From NCBI RefSeq assembly GCF_009914755.1, contig NC_060938.1: DNA of 64,000 nt; one strand, written 5' to 3'. Source of the DNA: the human T2T-CHM13v2.0 reference genome, Homo sapiens. The notes beneath the pieces were generated by a model, which saw only the letters and a list, made by a program, of their open reading frames with translations, was not told where the DNA came from and did not search any database. Position numbers and translations under genes: made by a program. Shown piece after piece: positions 18,339 through 30,026 of the stretch. Numbering within the stretch: the stretch's first letter is position 1; each line of letters starts with the position of its first letter.

Positions 18339-19392
18339 TCCAGTGTGATGATGAATAGTAGGAATGAGAGAACATTCTAATTCCTATTGTTTTCTTTGTC
18401 TTTGCCTTGCTTTAGGCTTAATTTGCTTCTCTTTGTCTAGTTTTCCAGAGGAGAAACTGAAGTTATTTTTTAAATCTTTCCTATTTTCTAATATGTGCAT
18501 GTAATACTATAATTTTCTAAGTACTCTTTGCACTACATCCCACAAATTTTGATAAATTGTATTTTCATTTTCATATAATTGAAATTGTTTTTATCTGATA
18601 CTTCCTTTTTGACCAAAGTGTTAGTTAGAAATGTGTTTTTAAAAATCTCTATTATGAGATTGTGCAGCTTTGTATAAAAATTCCTAGTTTAAATCCTTTG
18701 TCATCTGAGGACATACTTGTATAATTTATATTCTTTTCATTTGTTAAGGTGTGTTTTATGGCTAAGAATATGGGTTAATCATGGAGAATGTCACATGTGA
18801 GCTTACAAAGAATGTGTACTCTGCTATTGGATGGAAGATTCCATAAATTCCAATAAGATAAAGTTGTTCAGCAGTGTTATTTAGGTCATCTTAGGGTGTT
18901 GAATTCTTGAATTTAATAGTAGATTTTCCTAATTCTCCTTTGTGTTTTATGAGTTTTGGTTCATGTATTTTGAAACTTTTTTTTTAAGTCATGTTCAGAC
19001 ATATTTGGAATTATATGTCTTCTTGAAGAATTGAACAATTGACCATTTTATTATAATCTAACATTTATCTTTATCTCTGACAGTCTTCTTTGTTTTCATG
19101 TCTACTTTTCTTGAAATTAATACAGTTACTCCAGCTTTCTTTTGATTAGTGTTAGGATAATACATCTTCCTCTAATCCTTTACTTTCAACCTGAGCCTTT
19201 TAATGTAATACCATGGGTTTCTTATAGACAATATATAGCTGAGTCTTCTTTTAATTAACTGACAATTTCTTTTTACTACTTAACTGAGAAATTACCATTA
19301 CATTTTTTGTTTTTCACAATTTCCTAGTCTCACCTCTGTACTCTTCTAATCTTTGGTCCAGTCAGAAGGTGAGAAAGATAATGATAATATTC

Positions 19393-19426
19393 TGTGTGTG
19401 TGTATGTGTGTATGTGTGTATGTGTA
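19393..19426. repeat. (TG)/(TATGTGTG) compound microsatellite
   Basis: tgtgtgtgtgtatgtgtgtatgtgtgtatgtgta. Confidence 0.85.
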
Positions 19427-19704
19427 TTTCCAAGCTGTAGAGTTAGAAAACACATCTTCTGTTTCTGGTGGTTGAAACTAGGATTGGGAGCCACACAGAG
19501 TCTCATCCATCCTCACAATAAACTTCCCTTGTTTCTTTGGCAGATGTCTTTTGAATAGTTTTAATTAAGATTTTATCAAATTTCTTGTTTGATTTCTATG
19601 GTTAAAGTTGTTACTCGTATTTATAGTGTTTCTTCATTTTATTAGATATTTAGAATATTTAATATGATATGGCTTGGCTTTGCCATTCTTACTTAGAAAT
19701 CTAA

Positions 19705-19810
19705 AAAGTTAAAGTTGTATAGTTGTATAAACTATACAACTATACAGTTATAAAGTTGCATAGTTTGTATAAAGTTGTATAGTTGTATAGTTAAAGTTGT
19801 AAAGTTGTAT
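19705..19810. repeat. Mosaic of aaagttgtat/agttgtat units including one inverted block
   Basis: Direct units plus a perfect 14-bp inverted repeat at 19716-19729 / 19733-19746. Confidence 0.9.
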
Positions 19811-20269
19811 GAATTTATTGCTTGGGTAAAATAAACAAACAAAAACTTGCAGTGCCAGTTTTTTTTTTCTGAAATGGTCAGTTGATAATCTTTGCAACTT
19901 GGATAAATCCACATAATTTTCTTACTTTCATCCTGAAAGTGGGGTTACAATGCAAAACACATATATATAGGCAGCCTGTACTTTCTGCATTCCATGTCTT
20001 AACTAATAGTGCAGCAACCAACAATGTTATTTGAATTTGGATGTTGGTAACCATTTATTACAACTAATCTCAAAGACCCCCACATTTTTAGCAGTAATTA
20101 CACCTATAACTACAACCTTACGTGTCTCCTCCCTTTTGCTTGCATTCCTGCTGCCCCAAGCCAAACCCTGAGTTTTGCTTATTTGAACTTCTGTAAAGTG
20201 TCCTACTAAAGTAACTGTTCCCTAAAGGATCCTGCTGTTATAGCTGTTACATGTCAAGTACATCTTTTG

Positions 20270-20450
20270 TACAGTTGATATGTGATTTAATTTCTCAAAA
20301 AGAAAAAAAATCATTTTTTAGCTATTTTGAAATGTTAATTAGGTTGGCTTGATCATTCCACAAATGTGTACATGTATCGAAACATCACATTGTACCGTAA
20401 ATATGGACAATTTTTATTTGTCAATTTTAAATAAAATGAAATTAAAAAGT
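20270..20450 (+). mobile_element. L1MA-type 3' end fragment
   Basis: gcttgatcattccacaaatgtgtacatgtatcgaaacatcacattgtacc...tttatttgtcaattttaaataaaa. Confidence 0.75.
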
Positions 20451-21140
20451 TGAAATCATTGCATAAACTCAAATAATTATCATGAATTTTAAAATTATTA
20501 ATTATTTAGGATCAACTGACCTAAAAAGTTTGCATGTACCTCTATATCCCTTAAGCTCCAGTCATTAACATAAACCCCTGTTTCCTAGATCACTATGAGC
20601 TTCCTTGGGTCCATATCTTTGCCTATACTTTCCTGTTTATCTTGCAACAGCAGTCTCATTTGAGCTATGAAGATATCTTCTAGCTTATCGCCATATTTTA
20701 GTCCATTATATCATTGATCTAATAAAGATATTAGTTAATATAACCTCACCAATGTGAATAGTTTCCTTGTAAATGGTATAATAATTAGGCAGTGTCTTAG
20801 CTGCTACTACACATTTGGAGTTCACTTTATAGTGTTTTAATGTAGAATAAAGAGAGAGCATTGAATGAACTTTGTGAAATAGGTTTATAAGGACAGGAAC
20901 ATTAAAGACTGACATCAAACGTATTTATGTCTTTGCACAATAGTAGATATTAAAATATAACATCATAAGAGTGTATGTTAACTATAATGTGATTTGGAAA
21001 TAATGCAGCTTACTAAGAACGTAAAATGTTGATTTTGATAAAAAGATAAATATATGTGAATTCATAAAGAAGAATGTAAATAAGTTTTAGGAAAAATGTA
21101 TTTGAAACGTAAGAAAAATATTTTGAGATCACCACTTCTT

Positions 21141-21964
21141 TTTTTTTCAACATTTTTATTTATTTATTTATTTTTATTTATTTATTTTTATTATACTTTA
21201 AGTTTTAGGGTACATGTGCACAACGTGCAGGTTAGTTACATATGTATACGTGTGCCATGTTGGTATGCTGCACCCATTCACTCATCATTTAACATTAGGT
21301 ATATCTCCTAATGCTATCCCTCCCCACTCCCCCCACCCCACAACAGGCCCCTGCGCATGATGTTCCCCTTCCTGTGTCCATGTGTTCTCATTGTTCAATT
21401 CCCACCTATGAGTGAGAACATGCGGTGTTTGGTTTTTAGTCCTTGTGATAGTTTGCTGAGAATAATGGTTTCCAGCTTCATCCATGTCCCTACAAAGGAC
21501 ATGAACTCATCCTTTTTTATGGCTGCATAGCATTCCATGGTGTATATGTGGCACATTTTCTTAATCCAGTCTATCATTGTTGGACATTTGGGTTGGTTCC
21601 AAGTCTTTGCTATTGTGAATAGTGCCACAATAAACATACGTGTGCATGTGTCCTTATAGAAGCATGATTTATAATCCTTTGGGTATATACCCAGTAATGG
21701 GATGGCTGGGTCAAATGGTATTTCTAGTTCTAGATCCCTGAGGAATCGCCACACTGTCTTCCACAATGGTTGAACTAGTTTACAGTCCCACCAACAGTGT
21801 AAAAGTATTCCTATTTCTCCACATCCTCTCCAGCACCTGTTGTTTCCTGACTTTTTAATGATCGCCATTCTAACTGGTGTGAGATGGTATCTCATTGTGG
21901 TTTTGATGTGCATTTCTCTGATGGCCAGTGACGGTGAGCATTTTTCAATGTGTCTTTTGGCTGT
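21141..21964 (-). mobile_element. 5'-truncated young L1PA (L1PA3-5 range)
   Basis: Intact 172-aa ORF2 C-terminus (21395-21913; CWRGCGEIG...HCWWDC...SLIGGN), 3'UTR and tail; perfect 10-bp TSD accacttctt at 21131-21140 and 21965-21974. Confidence 0.96.
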
Positions 21965-22220
21965 ACCACTTCTTATCCAAACGAAAGGTTTCCAAGAAAA
22001 TAATTTCCTTTAAAGAACTATAAAATAAGATCTTAAAGTAAGCCAAAAAAAAATGGATAACTTAATTCTAATATTCTTAGTGAATAGAATAAAAAACAGG
22101 ACTTCAGGATATTTTTCTACCTTTACAAATTTTAGCTAAACTTTATTTTATCATGATCTCTGTTGATCTTTGAAAACATTAGCAAGACAGACAACAGCTG
22201 AAAAGCTGTATGTGTGTGTA

Positions 22221-22323
22221 CACTTGACCCTCTGTTATCTGTGCGTTCCGTATTTGTGGATTCAACAAATATTCTTCAAAAAAATGCATCTGTACTGAAA
22301 ATGCACAGATTGTTTTTAGTATC
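22221..22323 (+). mobile_element. TcMar-Tigger DNA transposon fragment (Tigger3/MER2-like)
   Basis: ta-cacttgaccctctgttatctgtgcgttccgtatttgtggattcaac...catctgtactgaaaatgcacaga resembles a Tigger terminal region. Confidence 0.6.
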
Positions 22324-22573
22324 ACAAATGTTTACTATGTAAGTTATTTTTTGAACATTTACTAGAAAAGAAAAAAACGTTATTATTACAATGAAAATTT
22401 AAAACACTCAAAGTATTAATAGCTCCATCCAATAGTCTTGATCTTTGTTATTATGACAAGTATTTCAGACATAGAAAATTTTATTTTATTTTCCATTGAG
22501 GTTGGTTGAATTGGTAACAGCATGTCCAAACATCTTCAAGTTGGGTGCGAGGGTACATGTTTCTTCACATTAC

Positions 22574-22780
22574 TTTCTTTTTTTTTTTTTTTTTTTTTTG
22601 AAGACAGGGTCTCACTCTGTCATCCCGGTTGGAGTGCAGTGGTGTGATCACTCACTGCAGCCTCCAAACCCTTGGGTTCAAGTGATACTCCTGAGTATTT
22701 GGGATTACAGGACTGCACCAATATGCTCAGCCTTTTTTTTTGGTACAGATAGGGTCTCATTATGTTGCCCAGGCTTAACT
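22574..22780 (-). mobile_element. AluJ, 5'-incomplete
   Basis: Poly-T, gacagggtctcactctgtc...ctcactgcagcctc, linker, agggtctcattatgttgcccaggct. Confidence 0.88.
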
Positions 22781-22783
22781 TTG

Positions 22784-23014
22784 TTTTTCTATTTTTTTTT
22801 TTTAATTTCTAATGTTTACTTTAGGTTCATGGGTACACGTGAAGGTTTGTTATATAGGCAAACTCGTGTCATGGGGGTTTGTTGTACAGATTATTATATC
22901 ACCCAGATATTAAGTGTAGTACCCAATAGTATGTTTTCTGCTTCTCTTCCTCCCCTGACTCTTCACCCTCAAGTAAACTCCAGTGTCTGTTGTTTCCTTC
23001 TTTGTATTCATGAG
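22784..23014 (-). mobile_element. L1PA13-16-type 3' end fragment
   Basis: ttaggttcatgggtacacgtgaaggtttgttatataggcaaactcgtgtcatgggggtttgttgtacagatta. Confidence 0.85.
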
Positions 23015-23017
23015 CTC

Positions 23018-23179
23018 CTACAGGCACCTGCCACCACACCCAGCTATTTTTTTGTATTTTTAGTAGAGACAGGGTTTCACCATATTAGCCAGGATCCTCT
23101 CGATCTCCTGACCTCATGATCTGCCCACCTCGGCCTCCCAAGGTGCTGGGATTACAGGCGTGAGCCACCGTGCCCGGCC
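23018..23179 (-). mobile_element. Alu (Sc/Y-type) left monomer plus start of right monomer, no tail
   Basis: ctacaggcacctgccaccacacccagcta...cgatctcctgacctcatgatctg...gagccaccgtgcccggcc. Confidence 0.9.
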
Positions 23180-26100
23180 AGAGTTTTCTGATTAACCAGG
23201 AAAATACTCAATCACCTATATCTGTAATCCCCATCATAGTTTTTGTCCCACATTCCCATTTCAGTTACCCACTTTGGGACTCTATAGAAAAAGAGAATGC
23301 AAGACCCCAAAACATATTAAAAATCAGCCAGGATACTTGGCTTCTTTAACACTCTACTTTACTGAAGCACTTCTATTTTATAGAAGAAAATATATTTTCA
23401 TTTCTTTAGAGAAAATATGTCAGGTCCTGCATTAAGGTAAATTAAGACAAAGAAGATTTGACTGGCAGGCTTCTTCATAAGTTTAATTGGACATACATTA
23501 ATAACCTGTGATCTCAGACTTGAGATATACTGATACAAACATGGGTTCAGCGAGGGAGGAGTTCACAAATATTTTTTTAGCCCTACTATTATGCAACCTT
23601 TGCTAAAATTTTCCTCACATTTATTTTCATTGCAATTGTACAGTAACAAGGCATGGCAAATAGAGTTATCAGCAGATAAATTAAGGCAGAAATGTTACAT
23701 CTTTAAGATAAGTGAGAGCAGACACTGATTAATTTGTATAATGGCCTTTCTTTATTTTCCCTTACTTCACTCCATAGACGTTAGAGTAACCTACTAAAGA
23801 AAAATGTCTCCAGCCCATACATTAGCCTCAGCTCTAGAATTGCATTAAATGTAGCTATGGAGGTGAGAATAAAGTACGCATTTTTACTGTATTTGAAATA
23901 AAAATGTAGATTATTTAAGGCCTTTTAGGGGATTCAACATGTCTAATAAAACGTGGATTCTTTAAAAGTTGTGGATTGTTTCCAAACGTCACATAAATGC
24001 CAGAGACAATGAGAAAAGTGTGGACAGAGAATGCTTGAGACAAAAGGCAGTATTGCAAGATTTAAAAAGTCTAGCAGTCTGCTCTATGTTATGATTTGAA
24101 AGTTTTTAAAAAATCTTGAATATATAAAATTAAAGAAAGTGGTAGGGAAACTCATATTATAAAAAGGTGAATTGATTTGCTTAATGTAGTTTACATTCAG
24201 AAAATAAAAATGAAGCCTCCAAATAACCAATCTCATGCTCAATTCAATCCATCATGCTCGGAATATGTGAGCTGCTATATAACTTGGGGTCACCGAAACT
24301 TTCAGAGTAGATGTTTTATAAAACAATTTTTATAAAATGAGCTTTCCCAGCATACTCACAGGTGTGTAATAGCATTTTCTTTTGATCTTTAATTCATTTA
24401 TTTCACTTTCTCCTCAGTTGATTTAAAGTAGAACTTTAATAGTTAGTTGAAAGCTCTTTGAGATGACTGTTCATTAACTAATTTTATATTCTCTTGAGTA
24501 TATGGCCTTGTCTAAGAAGGAGCATAAGTAAGTAGGGATGTAGATGAAATTTGATCAGCCATGAGGTAACTGCAGAATTGATTGTGACTATAAATGTTTT
24601 ATGATTCACTTCTAATAATACTAAAAGAATATCCTGAAAATAAGCACACTGATCAAATTACAGTTTTGTCCCAAAGGAGCTTCATATGTAAAAAGAAACC
24701 TATCATCCATTATCTAATTATAGATTGTTATTATTACTGAAGTAACCACATTTCTATAATTTTATTTTTTAATATAGAAATTCTCTTTGTGATAGATTTA
24801 CAATGATATATGTAATATTAATGTATTATTATATTTTGTATAATTACATGTTACATATTAAAATATGCATTGTGTAATTATGTATATTTTATATAAACTA
24901 TGATATAGGGGAATTATTATATAATAGTATATGTGTTTAGTCATTGTATTTAATTTAAGAATTCAAGTTAATATTAATTTTGAAAACAGTTTTCTCAATT
25001 ATGAGAGCTCTGCTCATGAAAATGTCAATTCCATCTAGCCCTTCAGTCTAAAAGTTATAAGATTTATAGATTAGAATAAGAAACTAAGGTCACATAGAGT
25101 TCATAAATGTGTAACTATTGAGATATACAGAAATAAATACAAACGAATAAAACCTAAAATTGTTGAACAAATACATATTACTATAACAACTTTAGAGAAA
25201 ATATTGCCAAATGAAAAAGTGGAATTAAATCCTGAAAAGTTTAATGACAAAAATCTGATAGGATATATCAAGAATGCTTTTTGGTAAGTTCTCTGTTTAG
25301 CATATTAAGCCTGTCATGTTTATTTATATTAATAATTCTTCTCTCATTCCAATATATTTTTTCAAATTACACCCTAATTGTTAAAAATATATATAATGCT
25401 GTTTTTTTAATTCAGCTCTGTCCACCAAGTTAGTTCTAATAGGAAAAGTAAAAATAATACATATAATTAATATAATACTGTAATGTGAGCAATTCAGTTT
25501 AAGAAACTGTAGTTAGATTTCTCTTTGGCAAAATGACGTATTGTGTTAATATGTATATTTTTAAAAATCAAAACTACTTTATTATAATGCTTTCTTCTGC
25601 AAAGTTAATGTGAATAAAGATGGTGAGCTTATGAAGTTGAAAAGTTTACTTGAGTTTCCCCACTAAATTCTACCAAGAAGTCTATATCATGTTTCCCTTC
25701 CCTTATGCAAAACATTTTTAACAACTAAAATAAAAGAAAACAGCTGATCATATACTTGAAAGAGTATTATTTTGAAAATTAGAAAATAGAGATTTTTGTT
25801 AGGGTTATTTTGCTCATAGTCATTTTATTTATATTTTGGCCCAGATGCTCATATATTTTCTTGAGGTTTAGATACGCTCTTGGTTCTCATTAATGCTTTG
25901 TGTAGAGGCCTGTACTTGGCCAAAAATCTGATGGTTCTCCTGTGATCTGATTACCTCTGTAGTTCAAAGTGAGGCGCTTCTACCACACTAGAACATCCTT
26001 TGCATAGCCATCTTCCGCTGCTGGCCACACCTGTGGTTGCAACAATGTTTTTTGTTGAATGCCATTTTTGTCAATATTCAAGATGCTCTTACTCTTCCTT

Positions 26101-27049
26101 GCTGTCTGTTATCTATTGTCCAGCTACATTATTTTCACAATGAATACAAAACCACATGGGGATTCATTTATTGTTTCTACCTTCATGGCTCTCAAAGTTG
26201 ACTAACAGTTTTCATCAATAATATTCTGTAGTCCTCATTATCATTATTCCAAAATTCTCCAAATATCCATGTGTCCTTGACTGGGATTCTAACCAATATA
26301 AATACTGAAATCTGCCTCTAGAAGTTCATCGATATACACCTTCAGTCTTTGAAGCTGCCATTGATGCTGGCTTGATGTCATCACCGTACCTTACTAAAGT
26401 CACAACTATGTTACAGTCTTCAGTACTGAGTGAAAAGTCACTGGTCCTTAGTTTCCTTGCCTGCTATTCTTGTTGATTTGCATCCACCATGACCTATCTG
26501 TGTCTTCAGTCATGCCTCTCTGTCACTTATACTGTTGCAGTCACTTTCTGATGGAGACATAGTCAATGAAGCTCAGTGCTTTGTCTACCTTTGGGTAAAT
26601 AGAGGAGATATCTTCTAATTGTCTTATTTTGTAGAATAATCCTAAACCATTTGACCCTTAAAGTTTCAATATGCCTGTGATTTTTTTGAGGGTAAACTAC
26701 ATTATTGATAGAAATGCCAACCAGAAGTCTAACAGGGCTATCTTAAATCACTGTTGGCTTTAATTATAACACTTCCTCTCTTCAGGGCTCTGAAGTGGAC
26801 ATATCCCATTTCTAGAAGTAGTCCAAGTATAATGAGTTCTACATGTGCTACTTTTAGGGTCGATTCACATGACCTATGACCTATCCCTATGTATATCTAG
26901 GTGAATGTGATACACTTCGTGTATTAGTGAGCATTCTTGTAAAAAAGCAAACCAACAGGAGATACAAACACACACTGTATGCATACAAGAGGAGATACAC
27001 ATATACAGTATATACACTAGATTGATGGATAGATGGATATATTCAGCAT

Positions 27050-27232
27050 TACTCAGTGAAGTCTAATACTTTACAAAGTGTCCCCACAGGATCAAGCTGA
27101 GGCATAAAGTTTATCTTAATGTCCACTTTTGTTTAGCTTCTTCCCCTGTCCTATATCACTTACCTCATATTACATCACTTGCACAACAATCATTGATTGT
27201 CTTGTGATCTTCTGAGAATTTCAGTGTAAGAA
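27050..27232 (+). mobile_element. Possible LTR16-like ERVL LTR fragment
   Basis: gtttagcttcttcccctgtcctat...atcacttgcacaacaatc...ttctgagaatttcagtgtaaga resembles an LTR16 3' part. Confidence 0.4.
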
Positions 27233-27467
27233 AGTGTGGTATTTTTGGTAAGCCTCTCAACCTCTATGTCTCTTGGCCTTGGTTTTCTCATCTTTAATTG
27301 GAAGGGACCAGATGATCAATAAGCTACTGTGAAATACTGAGTAACAGTTAAAGGTGTTTATGGCATGTTGAGAGAATAACACTTGCCAAGTAGCAAGAAG
27401 TTTTATCTAACTAAATTGGCTCATATTTTCACCTATTTTTTTTCTAGTGGTGGCTAGTGTAATTTCC

Positions 27468-27946
27468 TGTATTAATCTGGGTTTTTCCAGAACTTATAGG
27501 GTATAAAAGAATATATAAATAGAGAGTGTGACAGAGATAGAGTGAAATTTATTTTAAGAAATTAGCTCATATTATTGTGGGGGCTGGCAAATCTGAAGTC
27601 TGTAAGTTCAGACAGGCCTACTGAAAATTCAGGTAAGATTTGATTTTTCAGTCTGGAGTTAAAAAAAAAACCTTCAGTACAAATAAGCAGGCAGAAAACT
27701 TTTTTTATGTTGCAGTCCTGAGGCATTACTGTTTCTCCTTCTGGAAACCTCAGCCTTTGCTCTTAAGACCTTCCACTGATTGGATGAGGCCCACTTGTAT
27801 TATAAAGGTCGTCTTCTCAGAGTCTACTGATTGTAAATGTTAATACAGTAGCATCTAAAAAAATGTTTTCACTGCAACATACAGACCAGTGTTTAACAGG
27901 ATAGGCACCACAGTCTAGACATGTTGAAAGAGTATTATCCATCATA
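27468..27946 (-). mobile_element. MLT2 (ERVL) solo LTR
   Basis: tgtatta...gaaattagctcatattattgtgggggctggcaaatctgaa...ccactgattggatgaggcccac...ccatcata. Confidence 0.85.
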
Positions 27947-28800
27947 TCTCTGATTATTTTTTTCTGAAAGCTAAATTTAAAACACCCTTTAAAGACCAGT
28001 AGACAAATTCTGGAAGTAGTCAAGATTAGTTGAGGCAGTAAAGAAGATCACTCAGACATTCTAACGTCATCTCATATTTTACATCAACTGTCAAAGCTTA
28101 CATATTCTCAAGCAGAAAAAAAAGATTAAATAGAATGTAGCATGTCCAAATTTAGCTTCAGGACTTTGAAAATGATATTCTTTGATTTTAATAATTTAAG
28201 GGTAAAATTTTCTGGATAAAATCTGTTACTTGAGTAGCCTTTTATAATATCATAGAAATACTGCAAATATAAATAGGAAGGTTTGCCCCTGGGTAACCAG
28301 TTGAAATAATTTCATCAGCAAGGTTTTGGTTGGTATTTTTCTGGTTTACATTAGTAAGTGAAGTACTTTAGACCTAGTCTAATTATTACTATATCTCTTT
28401 AAAATTTCATTTTACAGCTTTTTTATGGTTGTTAAAAACCAGCATATAATAATTTTGATTTATTAAGTAATTTAAAAGAAAGCCAGACAAATTTGTTTCA
28501 GCTAATAAATAATATAGGTAACTGAAAACTAGCTAGAGGATTTATAAATAATTCCCTCAAAATGCATTTCTGAGAGTATAATTTAAGGAGTTTATAGTTT
28601 GACATTACTATAGTTTTATTTTAGGCTGTATATACTGTCTGGTAATGGATTTTCCACTGACTTAACAAGAAGATAAACACTTTCTTAGTATGGTATATTT
28701 AGAAGAACAAAAAGAAAAAATACAGAGTTATAAGTAATTATAAGTAATTCTGTATGACCCCAAACTAGACTGTATAACTAAAACCTTATAAAACCCTTAT

Positions 28801-28935
28801 AAATATATATGTTATATATGTATATTATATATGTATATATGTATACATATATACGTATATATGCATATTATATACGTATATATGTATACATATATATTAT
28901 ATATGTATATATGTATATTATTTAAGATGTATATG
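28801..28935. repeat. (TA)-rich low-complexity microsatellite
   Basis: Degenerate tatatg/tatac repeats. Confidence 0.9.
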
Positions 28936-29231
28936 ATATTGGAGAAGACAATTTACATCTCTAAATTCTTTTTTTCTTCACTTGTAAAATGAGGTTGCTG
29001 AAATATCTTTCGCTAATTACATAGTTGTAAATTTCTTTCACCTTTTATATACTTGTGAATCATTGTAAATTGTTCATTGGTAGAAGTTTACATAAATTAA
29101 TTTTCCAACTGATTTCTTTATATAAATGTGTCATATCTTGCTTTAAGTGCTAAATATGTGAAACTAGTGCTTCATTTTGATACTATGAGACCAGAGTGTT
29201 ATTACTAAGTATTTGGTTGAATGTCATCCAG

Positions 29232-29600
29232 GAATATTAGTAAGGACAATGTTGGCTGTTGTAACTAATGAATCCCAAAAATTCAATGGCTTGATACAAT
29301 GTAAATGTATTTGTTACTCACATAACAAGTTCAGTGATGGTTTGTTCCAGTTTAGCAGGCAGTTTTATATCATGTGAGGATTCTCTGGACCCAGCTTTGC
29401 TATCCACAATGTTTTGTTGACTTCAGTTTCCTGCCAGTGGAACTAAAAGTAGGAGATCATAGAGAAGGAACACATGCCTCTAAAACCAGGGACTAACACA
29501 TATCAATTCGATTTATATTTCACTAGCTAGAACCCCCTAGACCTGGATGTCAAAGGGTCTTATAAATATAGTGGTTTTCTGAGAAACCAATTCCTAGCAT
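29232..29600 (-). mobile_element. MLT1J/K-like MaLR LTR, ancient
   Basis: ggctgttgtaactaatgaatcccaaaaattcaatggcttgatacaatgtaaatgtatttgttactcacata. Confidence 0.6.
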
Positions 29601-29764
29601 GAACTGTGATGTCTTCTTATTATCTGAAATGCTATAGATTTATCTGAATCATTTATCATCATAATCCATTCCACAGGGCATTTGTTTTTAATCCATTATG
29701 GATTAAAAATATAAGTGGAATAAGTGGATTATAAAATAAATGTTGTTCTCAATAAATATGGCTC

Positions 29765-29785
29765 TGTGTGTGTGTGTGTGTGTGT
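29765..29785. repeat. (TG)10 microsatellite
   Basis: Seen directly. Confidence 0.9.
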
Positions 29786-29786
29786 A

Positions 29787-30026
29787 CAGTAAGTCCACAC
29801 GTAACATCAATAGGTTCTTGGAAACTGTGACTTTAAGAAACGAGATTATAGGCTAATTGATGGTAAAAGGAAACCAGAGTACCTGGAGATAACACAAGCA
29901 GACATGGGGAGAACATGCAAATGACACACAGTGACCACATCCTGGAATCATTTTTTTTCTTATCAACATTATAACAAAACAAAACAACGTTTAATTTAAC
30001 AAAATGGCACTATAAAATACCTGCTG
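29787..30026 (-). mobile_element. MER6-family (TcMar-Tigger) non-autonomous element, internally deleted
   Basis: Ends cagtaagtcc... / ...acctgctg with TA on both sides; internal aggaaaccagagtacctggaga...cagacatggggagaacatgcaaa. Confidence 0.85.

Larger units (their letters stand above)
13915..19270 (-). mobile_element. Old L1 (L1MC-like), interrupted by AluJ and THE1D
   Basis: L1MC-type 3' end (cctggcaaccact..., aatatgcatttaag) followed by antisense ORF2 homology that resumes after each insertion (ggact tccag tgtgatgatgaatagta). Confidence 0.75.

Noticed and set aside
21395-21913. Clean 172-aa ORF with a cysteine-rich motif
   Set aside because: It is the L1 ORF2 C-terminus of a 5'-truncated copy with no promoter; not a host gene
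22496-23119. Longest ORF (207 aa, plus strand)
   Set aside because: Antisense read-through of AluJ, L1 3'UTR and Alu with poly-F from poly-T; starts at TTG; no domain recognisable
24770-24960. Very AT-rich, partly self-complementary stretch
   Set aside because: Generic low complexity; no long perfect stem or periodic unit
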